In this document: positions 18,925-27,676 of the stretch, piece after piece
How the letters are laid out: each line of letters begins with the position of its first letter
Position numbering within the stretch: position 1 is the stretch's first letter
Assembly (NCBI GenBank): GCA_949841595.1
Contig: CATKZB010000004.1
Span: 10,587 to 74,586, forward strand
Direction: 5' to 3'
Origin: an uncultured Christensenella sp.
GTDB taxonomy: Bacteria > Bacillota > Clostridia > Christensenellales > UBA1242
DNA: 64,000 nucleotides
Made by a program: the position numbers and the translations under genes
Notes under the pieces: model-generated
Told to the model about the DNA's origin: nothing
Database searches by the model: none
The model's input: only the letters and a program-made list of their open reading frames with translations

Positions 18925-19644
18925 AATTCCAATCAGCTTCAGTCTGCGTTCAAATCTTGCCTCAAAATTTTTAACAAGCACTCTCAACAACGCTTCTTCA
19001 CTTCCTTGAGCGAGTTTCACTGTTTTAAGTTTGTCTAAAGAAGTATTATTCAAAATTTTCATAGCCAAATAGGAATTTTTTGAAGTTTCTTCGCATGAAT
19101 AATTTTTACAAGCAGTGCACACCAGTTCTCCTGTGTTGTAATCAATATAAATATGTTCAAATGCACTAGTTCCACAGCCAGTGCATTTTTCTGTATAAAG
19201 TGGAAATCCACTCAAAGCAAAGACATCAAGCAAAAACTTGTCCAAAACATATAAATTTTCAACTTTTTCAAAACAAAGAGTTTTCAACGACTTTAACAAT
19301 GTTAAAAACACACCTGTTTGTTCTGTTTCATTTGAGAAGTTTAAAGAATTAACAATTTCAAGCATAGCAGTTCCTTCAAAATATTTCTCCACATCTTCGC
19401 TGAGTTCGTAAAAGGTTTCAATGCTTTCAAATCCCGTCACAATCTTTCCAAACTTGCCATCTTCAAGAATAAATTCTCCAAAGCAAAATGGATTTTGTGC
19501 CATTTTCATTTTAGCATTCGCTCCCTTAACTCCTTTCAAAGTCGCCCAAAACTTTCCTTTTTCATGAGAAAAAAGAAGAATATTTTTATCCTTCTCTTTT
19601 TTGTCGCTTGATTTAATCACTATTGCTTGAATTTTTTCTGTCAT
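18916..19644 (-). CDS. recO: DNA repair protein RecO
   Basis: 242 aa. N-terminal OB-fold-like region and zinc-finger CTGCG...CTAC typical of RecO. Confidence 0.8.
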   Translation of the reverse strand: MTEKIQAIVIKSSDKKEKDKNILLFSHEKGKFWATLKGVKGANAKMKMAQNPFCFGEFILEDGKFGKIVTGFESIETFYELSEDVEKYFEGTAMLEIVNSLNFSNETEQTGVFLTLLKSLKTLCFEKVENLYVLDKFLLDVFALSGFPLYTEKCTGCGTSAFEHIYIDYNTGELVCTACKNYSCEETSKNSYLAMKILNNTSLDKLKTVKLAQGSEEALLRVLVKNFEARFERRLKLIGILS

Positions 19645-19796
19645 TTCACCAGTTCTTCTTTTGCTGAAGTTTTTCCTCTTATTTCATTACGTTCTCTCAC
19701 GATATCTTGAATTATATAAGGATTACCTTCTGACAATTTAAACATTTCCCATGTTAATTCTTCATCAATACTCTGAAAAGATGAATTCTTTGCCAT
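19641..19796 (-). CDS. small protein, YqzL-like (51 aa), translationally coupled to recO
   Basis: Below the ORF-track size cutoff. AAGGAGGTG RBS 5 nt before the ATG. Its stop overlaps the recO ATG as ATGA. The W..F...G..Y pattern and the position upstream of recO recall B. subtilis yqzL (from memory). Confidence 0.45.
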   Translation of the reverse strand: MAKNSSFQSIDEELTWEMFKLSEGNPYIIQDIVRERNEIRGKTSAKEELVK

Positions 19797-19927
19797 TTTT
19801 CACCTCCTTATTTAGTTTGTGTCGAACGCTCTCTTATATTCTTATTTTATATAAAGCAAAACAAAAAATCAAACAAATCTAAGAGAAAAATATGTATTGT
19901 GCCAAATTTTCTTTGGCACAAGTTGTA

Positions 19928-20425
19928 TTATAATCTTCTAAAAACCATGCTTGCATATGAAAATACAGTTGCATCAGCTGAATTGTTAACAAGTTCTAAT
20001 GTGCTTGCTTGTGTAACTGTAATTATCATTGTTTGAGTCAAATTAAAGGTTGAACCAGCAGTTTGTGTCTCATTTAACACAGAGCCTGACACATCCACTC
20101 CATCAAGACGAAGCTTTATGCTCGCATTTCCACCTGCTGGGATTGTTCCACCTGCAAGATAGGTCACTTCATAGGTGCCAGCCAAAAGTCTTACAGCACC
20201 AGAAGTCACAGGACTTGGAGCGATACTTGTTCCTCTGTTTTGCACCAAATATACAGGAATTATTGCTTGCGAAGCTATTGTTCCGATGTCCAAGTTGTTG
20301 AAAAAAGCATAGTCATCCAACACAATTGGATTGACAACTTCATTTTCTGTGCAATCCATGCTGAATGGGCAAAAAATAGGACATGGGTGATTGAAAATAC
20401 AACAGTTAAATCTTCTTCTAGCCAT
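19928..20425 (-). CDS. Cys-rich protein with BclA C-terminal (C1q/TNF-like) type domain; putative spore surface protein
   Basis: N-terminus FNCCIFNHPCPIFCPFSMDC. The C-terminal ~130 aa is G/T/S/V-rich and beta-strand-like, resembling BclA-C domains. Assignment from pattern memory only. Confidence 0.45.
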   Translation of the reverse strand: MARRRFNCCIFNHPCPIFCPFSMDCTENEVVNPIVLDDYAFFNNLDIGTIASQAIIPVYLVQNRGTSIAPSPVTSGAVRLLAGTYEVTYLAGGTIPAGGNASIKLRLDGVDVSGSVLNETQTAGSTFNLTQTMIITVTQASTLELVNNSADATVFSYASMVFRRL

Positions 20426-20522
20426 ATTTTTCTCCTTCAGATAACAATCTGTTATCTAAAAACATTCTATGAAAAAAAGAATATGTTTGTTAAAAAAACA
20501 CCACACAAAGTGATGTTTTTAT

Positions 20523-21911
20523 TTATCCTTGAATTGAGCCAACTGTTCTTGGAAATAGCTCCACATCTCTAATGTTTGAAACGCCTGTCAAATACATAAC
20601 AAGTCTTTCAAAACCAAGTCCATAGCCTGAATGAACGTTTGTACCATAGCGACGGGTGTCAAGATACCAAGCATAATCTTCTTTTTTAAGACCAAGTTCG
20701 TCCATTCTTTGGGTAAGTTTGTCAAGACGTTCTTCTCTTTGACTGCCTCCAATAAGTTCTCCAACTCCAGGAACTAGCAAGTCAACGGCAGCAACAGTTT
20801 TGCCATCATCGTTTTGACGCATATAGAAAGCCTTAATTTCTTTTGGATAGTTTTTCAAGAAAACAGGTTTTTTGAAAACTTCTTCTGTCAAATATCTTTC
20901 ATGTTCTGACTGCAAATCAATTCCCCATTTAACAGGGAAAACAAAGTCTTTTTTTGCAGAAAGCAACAAATCGATTGCTTTGGTATAATCCAATCTTTCA
21001 AAGTCGTTTTCAACAATGTTTTTCAGTCTTTCAAGAAGACCTGTATCCACAAATTTGTTTAAAAATTCAAGTTCTGCCATGCATTCTTGCATTACATAAG
21101 AAATGACATACTTGATCATTTCCTCTTCATTGTCCATAAGCTCGTCAAGGTCACAGAAACAAATTTCTGGTTCCATCATCCAAAATTCGGCAGCATGACG
21201 AGATGTGTTTGAGTTTTCTGCTCTAAATGTTGGTCCAAAAGTGTAAGTTTTTCCAAATGCATGGGTGATTGTCTCTTCATGAAGTTGCCCTGAGACCGTC
21301 AATGAAACTTTTTTACTGAAAAAATCTTGAGAATAATCAACTTTTCCATCTTTATGTGGCAAGTTGTCAAGGTTTAATGTTGTCACCTGAAACATTTCTC
21401 CAGCACCCTCACAATCGTTTGCAGTGATAATTGGAGTGTGAACATACACAAAGTTTCTTTCATTGAAAAACTTATGAATCGCAAACGCAGCAACAGATCT
21501 TATTCTGAAAACAGCATTAAACAAGTTTCCTCTTGGTCTTATTGTTGGAATAGTTCTCAAAAATTCAACTGTATGTCTTTTCTTTTGAAGTGGATAATCT
21601 GTGTCACAAGATCCCAATATATCCACAGTTTTCGCATTGATTTCAAAAGGTTGTTGAGCTTGTGGTGTCAAAACAAGTTTTCCTGTCACACAAAAAGATG
21701 TGCCCACATTCTCTTTAACAATCAAATCAAAGTTTCCAACTTTTTCCTTTTCAACAACAATCTGAACACTTTTAAAAGCGCCATCGTTCAGTTCAATAAA
21801 AGCTATGTTTTTTGAATCTCTAACAGTCCTTGCCCAACCACATAAAGTGATTTGTGTGTCAGCATAGCTTTGATAATCTTTATATAAATCTCTTATTTCA
21901 ATTCTTTTCAT
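20523..21911 (-). CDS. asnS: asparagine--tRNA ligase
   Basis: Class IIb signature [41 protein letters not shown]; 462 aa. Confidence 0.9.
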   Translation of the reverse strand: MKRIEIRDLYKDYQSYADTQITLCGWARTVRDSKNIAFIELNDGAFKSVQIVVEKEKVGNFDLIVKENVGTSFCVTGKLVLTPQAQQPFEINAKTVDILGSCDTDYPLQKKRHTVEFLRTIPTIRPRGNLFNAVFRIRSVAAFAIHKFFNERNFVYVHTPIITANDCEGAGEMFQVTTLNLDNLPHKDGKVDYSQDFFSKKVSLTVSGQLHEETITHAFGKTYTFGPTFRAENSNTSRHAAEFWMMEPEICFCDLDELMDNEEEMIKYVISYVMQECMAELEFLNKFVDTGLLERLKNIVENDFERLDYTKAIDLLLSAKKDFVFPVKWGIDLQSEHERYLTEEVFKKPVFLKNYPKEIKAFYMRQNDDGKTVAAVDLLVPGVGELIGGSQREERLDKLTQRMDELGLKKEDYAWYLDTRRYGTNVHSGYGLGFERLVMYLTGVSNIRDVELFPRTVGSIQG

Positions 21912-21922
21912 TTCTCCTCCTA

Positions 21923-23206
21923 TTATGGTGTTAATCTATCTGGACCTCTAAACAGAAACATAGATTCTTTAAGGTTTGGAAGTTCCAACAAATTCATGGT
22001 GATTCTATCAAGTCCCAGTCCAAAACCTCCATGTGGTTGGCATCCATATTTGAAAAACTGCAAATAGAATTCAACATCTTTGGCAAGACCTTTTTCTTCT
22101 GCTTGTTTCTTCAAAATTTCATAATCATGTTCTCTTTGAGCTCCAGTTGTTATTTCAACTCCTTTCCAAATAAGGTCATAGCCCTGTGGGATGCCAGCTT
22201 CTCTGTGATGATAAAATGCTCTTTTCCTTGCACCAAAATCAGTTACAAACAAAAATTCATGACCATAAACATCTTTAGAGAATTGAGCACAAAGCTTTTC
22301 GGCCTCTGTTGTCAAATCATCTTTCTCATCGTCTGGAACGATGAGATTATATCTTTTCTCCAATTCATTATACAATTCTGACAATTTAATTCTTGGGAAT
22401 GGCAAATTAGGAACAACAACTTCAACACCAAAAGTTTCTTTGATTTGTTCTCCATATTTTTCTTTGACGTCTTTCAAAGCATAAGTAAGAAGTTCTTCTT
22501 CCATAACCATAACATCTTCAACGCTTTCAACTCCAGTAAACTCAAGATCAAAACCTGTAAATTCTGTTGCATGTTTTCTTGAATGTGATTTTTCTGCACG
22601 GAAAACTGGTCCACATTCAAAAATTCTGCCAAAACCACCGGCCATTGCCATTTGTTTATAAAATTGTGGACTTTGTGCAAGATATGCAAATGTGTCAAAA
22701 TACTTTACTTGAAAAACTTCTGATCCAGATTCTGAAGCTGTTCCTATCAATTTTGGAGAATGAATTTCGATAAAGTCTTTTTCTATCAAAAAATTTCTCA
22801 TTGCATTTGCAAAAGCAGTTTGAACTTTAAAAATCAACAAATTCTTTTCTTGTCTCAAATCCAACCATCTATAGTCAATTCTTTGGTCTATGTTGCTTTC
22901 AGGTCCTATTGGAGAGACTTCTGCACGACTTGTCACTTCAACACTTTCTGCCAAAACTTCTTGGCCTCCCATCTTGACATATTCACTTTTAACAAGTTCT
23001 CCTTCCACTGTGACAGTCGAACCTGCAACAAGATGAGAAAAAACTTCTCCAACTTCAGGATGTTGAATTTTGTCCACAGTAACTTGAATTTTGCCTGAAA
23101 AATCTTTCAAGACAATGAATTGAATGCTCTTTTTGTCACGAACAGTTTCAATCATACCTTGAAATCTTACTTTTCCCACTTCTAATTTTGAAATTTGTGT
23201 TGTCAT
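21923..23206 (-). CDS. aspS: aspartate--tRNA ligase, short archaeal-type (type 2)
   Basis: 427 aa, lacking the bacterial insertion domain. Motifs [32 protein letters not shown]. Confidence 0.85.
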   Translation of the reverse strand: MTTQISKLEVGKVRFQGMIETVRDKKSIQFIVLKDFSGKIQVTVDKIQHPEVGEVFSHLVAGSTVTVEGELVKSEYVKMGGQEVLAESVEVTSRAEVSPIGPESNIDQRIDYRWLDLRQEKNLLIFKVQTAFANAMRNFLIEKDFIEIHSPKLIGTASESGSEVFQVKYFDTFAYLAQSPQFYKQMAMAGGFGRIFECGPVFRAEKSHSRKHATEFTGFDLEFTGVESVEDVMVMEEELLTYALKDVKEKYGEQIKETFGVEVVVPNLPFPRIKLSELYNELEKRYNLIVPDDEKDDLTTEAEKLCAQFSKDVYGHEFLFVTDFGARKRAFYHHREAGIPQGYDLIWKGVEITTGAQREHDYEILKKQAEEKGLAKDVEFYLQFFKYGCQPHGGFGLGLDRITMNLLELPNLKESMFLFRGPDRLTP

Positions 23207-23221
23207 AATTTTCTCCTTAAA

Positions 23222-23439
23222 TAAAAAATCCTAATGCATTTCTGCATTAGGACGAATTGATATCCGCGGTGCCACCTAATTTGTTGAAGTTTCAACCACC
23301 TTAATTAAAAGACTAATATTGCTTAGTCAAACACAAGACTGGTAAAGTCGTTCTTCATTTTGGGGAAAATGATAGGCTTTCACCTGCCCTATCTCTCTGT
23401 AAGATTCTTGTCCAAAATTACTCCCTTCGTCATAATCTT
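23222..23439 (-). promoter_or_regulatory. T-box riboswitch leader of aspS-asnS
   Basis: Minus strand shows the T-box sequence AATTAGGTGGCACCGCGG (23264..23282), terminator TCCTAATGCA/TGCATTAGGA (23229..23252) plus a U-run, stem I AGAGA and AGTA elements, and the specifier region GAAGAACGAC (23347..23356). Confidence 0.8.
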
Positions 23440-23445
23440 AATTGT

Positions 23446-23474
23446 ATGATAACATTAAAAAACTTAAAAGTCAA
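23446..23474 (-). promoter_or_regulatory. sigma-A type promoter for the T-box leader
   Basis: Minus strand TTGACT, 17 nt spacer, TATCAT. Confidence 0.5.
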
Positions 23475-23525
23475 TTGTTTTTTTATTATTGCAAAATCAA
23501 GAAAAATTAAACGAGAAAAATAATA

Positions 23526-23554
23526 TTGACTATTAAGCAAATTTGTCGTATAAT
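23526..23554 (+). promoter_or_regulatory. sigma-A type promoter, -10 6 nt from ATG (predicted leaderless)
   Basis: TTGACT, 17 nt spacer, TATAAT, then AAAAGT and ATG at 23561. No Shine-Dalgarno sequence. Confidence 0.55.
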
Positions 23555-23560
23555 AAAAGT

Positions 23561-24751
23561 ATGAAAATTTTAAAATCAAACAGATTGTTAAAAAAAGTTT
23601 TGGTTTCAGTTACTTCCACAATTGCTTTATCTGGACTAGTTTTGAGTGGTTTGTCTATTTATGCAAATAAAAAAGTTGAAAATTACTCACCACAAACACA
23701 AATAAACGAAATTGCAAGAGAACTTGACGCTAACACAGATAAAATGATGTATGGAAGTTTTGGCAATTCAAAAAGAATGGCACACAACAACGGAAGACCA
23801 ATATTGGTAACAATTTCCAACAATTTTACAAATGAAGAAAAAGAAGACCTCTTATTTTCATTAAATCATATTTTTGGATTGGTTAAGGAAGTAAACAATA
23901 ATTATAACTATGAAATAATCAAAGAGTCTGAACTTTCTAATAAATTTAAATCTGGTGACACTTTGATTAAATATGATGTGGGAGAAGTTGCTTCACATGA
24001 ATATGCTTCGGCAACATATGGTGGCGATTTTGATTTCTTCTCAAATGTATTTACAAATAAGCCTCTTGTTGAAACTCACACAATCACATTAAACAGAAAA
24101 AATTCTATTAATTCTAAATATAAAAACATAATTTCTTTTAATCATGAGCTTCTGCATGCATTTCAACTTGGAGATGTTTATGCATCTTTCAATGATAAAA
24201 AATATTATAACACAGCAACAAGTTCTTTATATACCCTGCCTCTTATAACTCCAAATGACTACTCTTGCTTAATCTCAACTTATGCACCTAAATTTGATAA
24301 CTCAGAAGATAAACAAAACTTTATAAATAAATTTAAACAAAAATTAAGCAAATATGAAAAAGAATATTACAAATTGGTTAAAGAAGAATACAAATTGTCT
24401 GGCGAGCAATTGGATGAATTTATCTTCAATGCAAAAGAAACTCGAACTATTGATGGATTGTCAAAGTTGATGAAATATTCTGTTTTAATAAAAAATGGAA
24501 ATTACAGTTTTAATATTTTTGACGAAAACAATGAATTGCTGGATGCAGCATCTGGCAAAGTAATTGAAGTTGACAACGTATACTTTCTTAAAGATGTTGA
24601 ACTAAAATCAGATCAAGTAAAGTTCCCTGATTATGCAAAAGGTGGAAGCATTTCAACCTTTGCACTTTATAAAGAAAATGGAAATATTAAATTGCAAAGT
24701 TTAAGCACTGGTGCACAATTGAAAAATGAAATAAAAACTATTGAAAAATAA
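23561..24751 (+). CDS. membrane-anchored protein with HExxH zinc-metallopeptidase-like motif
   Basis: N-terminal TM helix (VLVSVTSTIALSGLVLSGLSIY) and an NHELLHAF motif. Start moved to the first ATG (MKILKSN). Confidence 0.5.
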   Translation: MKILKSNRLLKKVLVSVTSTIALSGLVLSGLSIYANKKVENYSPQTQINEIARELDANTDKMMYGSFGNSKRMAHNNGRPILVTISNNFTNEEKEDLLFSLNHIFGLVKEVNNNYNYEIIKESELSNKFKSGDTLIKYDVGEVASHEYASATYGGDFDFFSNVFTNKPLVETHTITLNRKNSINSKYKNIISFNHELLHAFQLGDVYASFNDKKYYNTATSSLYTLPLITPNDYSCLISTYAPKFDNSEDKQNFINKFKQKLSKYEKEYYKLVKEEYKLSGEQLDEFIFNAKETRTIDGLSKLMKYSVLIKNGNYSFNIFDENNELLDAASGKVIEVDNVYFLKDVELKSDQVKFPDYAKGGSISTFALYKENGNIKLQSLSTGAQLKNEIKTIEK

Positions 24752-24777
24752 CATAAGCTATCTTATGTTATTTTTTT
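24750..24777. terminator. intrinsic terminator
   Basis: Stem AACATAAG/CTTATGTT followed by a T-run, between convergent genes. Confidence 0.55.
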
Positions 24778-24783
24778 ATTATT

Positions 24784-25911
24784 TTAAGGCCATGTTCTAT
24801 TCTGTTTAAACCAATCACTATCTTTTAATTTGATGTTATTGTTTGAACACTTCACTTGATATTGTTCATCTTTTGATAAATACACAATATTGCCATTAAA
24901 CGAACAAAACTGGTTGTTTTTATAATCTAAACACAATGTGGTCACATAAATTTCATCAGTCCATTTTGAAACATTGTTTATAAAAACTTGAGTAGGAAAT
25001 TGATTTTCTGCCGTTGACGTATATTCAGACGAACCTGCACAACAGCAAACACAAACAGTCTTAGGCTGAACCACATTCATCAAGGTTTCAGAAGAAGATG
25101 TTTTTGAACCATGGTGACCAGCTTTATATAAGTCAACTTTTGGCAAATTGTTTAACTCTATCAATTTTTCTTCCCCATCGGCTTCCAGATCTCCTGTAAA
25201 CAAGAAATTCTTTTCACCATGTTTAAACAAACAACACACTGAGTGATTGTTTTCGTTTGAACTGCGATTTTGATAGTAATAACTATCCAAAATTTCAAAA
25301 GACATATTCTCACCAATTGTGTATTCACGTTGAGCACCATTGATTTCTTTCACACAATCTAATGCAGTATAATGTTTTGCACCTTTTGCAATCTCATCTG
25401 AAAGTTCTCTTTGATAATTTTTATACATTGTGGTTTCAGCTTTGTCCTTTGTTATTTGAGCAAAATCAATTATGGTTTTGCACTCATAAAGATCAAAGAT
25501 GCTATCAATCTTAGTGTTTGTTGCAAATCCTGCATAATGATCTTGATGTGCATGCGTCACAATAACATATTCCAAAATTCCGTCTGTAACATATTTATTT
25601 AAATAATTGGATATTGTGCTTATACTGTTGGATTTCGATCCACAATCAATCAAAATGTCAGCTTCTGGAGTTTTGATATAAGTGCAATCACCAGTATATT
25701 TGTTTCCAAGTTCCAAAAAATGAATGGAGAATTCTGCATCCGAAATTGAAATATTAGAGTCATTTGGTTGATTTGGATAATAAACTTCTTCAAAAACATC
25801 AACAACATCAGTTTCTGGCAAAGTGATGTAAGTTAAAACAGAAAAACCACCCACCAAACCAAACACAAGTGCAAGCAAGCAAAAAAGCGTTATCTTAAAT
25901 GTTTTGTTCAT
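24784..25911 (-). CDS. MBL-fold metallo-hydrolase, ComEC C-terminal-domain-like, membrane anchored
   Basis: HAHQDHYAG (HxHxDH) motif and an N-terminal TM helix. GGAGG RBS before MNKTFKI. Confidence 0.75.
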   Translation of the reverse strand: MNKTFKITLFCLLALVFGLVGGFSVLTYITLPETDVVDVFEEVYYPNQPNDSNISISDAEFSIHFLELGNKYTGDCTYIKTPEADILIDCGSKSNSISTISNYLNKYVTDGILEYVIVTHAHQDHYAGFATNTKIDSIFDLYECKTIIDFAQITKDKAETTMYKNYQRELSDEIAKGAKHYTALDCVKEINGAQREYTIGENMSFEILDSYYYQNRSSNENNHSVCCLFKHGEKNFLFTGDLEADGEEKLIELNNLPKVDLYKAGHHGSKTSSSETLMNVVQPKTVCVCCCAGSSEYTSTAENQFPTQVFINNVSKWTDEIYVTTLCLDYKNNQFCSFNGNIVYLSKDEQYQVKCSNNNIKLKDSDWFKQNRTWP

Positions 25912-25912
25912 A

Positions 25913-26401
25913 TCACACTCCTCCTTCACTTGCTTCCACAAAAGTGATTATTCTAACTTTTTCTATTTTAAAAAGTTTTCCATATTTCCAGTTTGTGGCT
26001 TTATATTTAATATAGTAAGTTCCCACTTCAGTTGCATAATACTTTCCTTCTTGATCCTGTTCTAAATTTGTTTCAATAACAAATTCATGGCTTTCATCTT
26101 TTCCAAAAGCAACTATTTTGACAGTTTCATCAACATATTTTTCATCCAATGTCAAAACAATATTGGACTGCCCAACTATTTCAAAGCAATCATTGCGACA
26201 AACAAACCACCAAGTTCCAATGCCAAAGCACACCCCAACCAACAAAAATGCAAGTGCAAAAGCCCATATCTTTGCACCAGAATGCTTTGCCAAAACCTTT
26301 GCTGCTTGCTTTGTTTTCTTATTTATTTCAACATCTGACAATCCAGAAAAATCTATTGTCACTTTTTTGGATTGTTTTGTTACTTTCTTTTTAACAGCCA
26401 T
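25913..26401 (-). CDS. hypothetical single-pass membrane protein
   Basis: Lys-rich N-terminus, then a TM helix (IWAFALAFLLVGVCFGIGTWWFV). AGGAG RBS. Adjacent to the MBL gene. Confidence 0.5.
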   Translation of the reverse strand: MAVKKKVTKQSKKVTIDFSGLSDVEINKKTKQAAKVLAKHSGAKIWAFALAFLLVGVCFGIGTWWFVCRNDCFEIVGQSNIVLTLDEKYVDETVKIVAFGKDESHEFVIETNLEQDQEGKYYATEVGTYYIKYKATNWKYGKLFKIEKVRIITFVEASEGGV

Positions 26402-26461
26402 CATAACTCCTAACAATTTGATTATATCATAAAACTAAGTTAATTTAAAATAAATTCCCTA

Positions 26462-26490
26462 TTGACAATCATATGAAAATCTCCTATAAT
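26462..26490 (+). promoter_or_regulatory. consensus sigma-A type promoter
   Basis: TTGACA, 17 nt spacer, TATAAT. Confidence 0.6.
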
Positions 26491-26517
26491 ATGGTTATCA
26501 AATTTTTGGAGGTAAAA

Positions 26518-26931
26518 ATGTCTTGTTTATTGGATTTTGAAACATTGGTGGTCTACGGAATTATTGCAAAAAATGAAGTTAATGGAGCTCGTCAAATTTC
26601 ATTTGAAGAACTGAGAAGTTATTCAGAAAAAGTGATCAATCATTACGATGAGAATAATACTCGCCCACTTTCAAACAACTTGAATCATGCAGAAGCTAAA
26701 CTTTTTGAAGAAAAAAACAAAGATTTCTTTGAAAAATATGGTGCAGGTTTCAAGAGTTTCACAAAATATGAAGAAGCTAAGGGTTATAAATTGAAAGATG
26801 AAGTTTCAATTGAGCATTTAAAAGAAGAAAAATCAAGATTTGTTCCATTTTCTTTAAGAAGCTCTTTGCTGAGCAAAGAAGCAAAAACTGCATTCAGAAC
26901 AACAAAAACTGAATCTACAAAAAACTTATAA
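26518..26931 (+). CDS. hypothetical protein
   Basis: Start set at MSCLLDFE after a GGAGG RBS. No motifs recognised. Confidence 0.45.
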   Translation: MSCLLDFETLVVYGIIAKNEVNGARQISFEELRSYSEKVINHYDENNTRPLSNNLNHAEAKLFEEKNKDFFEKYGAGFKSFTKYEEAKGYKLKDEVSIEHLKEEKSRFVPFSLRSSLLSKEAKTAFRTTKTESTKNL

Positions 26932-26946
26932 TTATCAAAAAAAACA

Positions 26947-26975
26947 AAAAACGAAGTGATTTTCACTTCGTTTTT
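26947..26975. terminator. bidirectional intrinsic terminator
   Basis: Stem ACGAAGTG/CACTTCGT flanked by an A-run and a T-run. Confidence 0.65.
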
Positions 26976-26976
26976 A

Positions 26977-27591
26977 TTATTTGTTAACAGTTTTATCTGC
27001 TTTAATATTTTCCATTTTTTGAACTTTCTGCAAAGCCAATTTTTGAGCTGCGCCATTGATGAAACAGTTAAGCTCGCCTTTAACATCTGTAACATCGCCC
27101 GTTGCATGAAGAACATTTCTTGTTAAATCTGGTTTATTATCTATCCACACTGCGTATTTCCAACGAATACCATCTGGTTTCAGATCATATGTCGATCCAC
27201 CAATTCCACAAGCTATATCTCTAACTTTTTGTATAGCTTCATCCCCATATACAAGCATTCCAAAACAGTCGCCACTTGAAAGGTAATCTGTGAGTTCTCC
27301 GACAAAAGGCTTTCCGGCAAGGTCAATGTAATGTTGCCTTGCAGTTTCTTTATCATATTTCATTGGACTACTAAAAATAACTTCCAATCCTGCTTTTTCC
27401 ACTCTATCACTTGTTTCAACAATAATTTCTTGTTTATCAAATCCTGGTTTAAATATAAGAACTGCAAGTTTTGAATAAGCAATACTCTTTTTTCCTGTTT
27501 TGTTTTCCATAAATCTACAAATTTGATCCAAGATTTTTCCTTTAAAATCTGCAACTAAGTTTTGTCCTTCCAAGTAAGTTTCTACTGTCAT
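26977..27591 (-). CDS. nucleoside-diphosphate kinase-like protein with N-terminal extension
   Basis: NDK-like blocks: LAVLIFKPG, ARQHYIDLAGKPF, SGDCFGMLVYG, NVLHATGD (His conserved). About 35 extra N-terminal residues. Confidence 0.55.
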   Translation of the reverse strand: MTVETYLEGQNLVADFKGKILDQICRFMENKTGKKSIAYSKLAVLIFKPGFDKQEIIVETSDRVEKAGLEVIFSSPMKYDKETARQHYIDLAGKPFVGELTDYLSSGDCFGMLVYGDEAIQKVRDIACGIGGSTYDLKPDGIRWKYAVWIDNKPDLTRNVLHATGDVTDVKGELNCFINGAAQKLALQKVQKMENIKADKTVNK

Positions 27592-27676
27592 TTATATCAA
27601 TTTCTCCTTTAATTTAATCTTGTAAGATTATACACCTTTTCTCACTTGTTGTCAATAGCGATTTTCAAATTCGACA

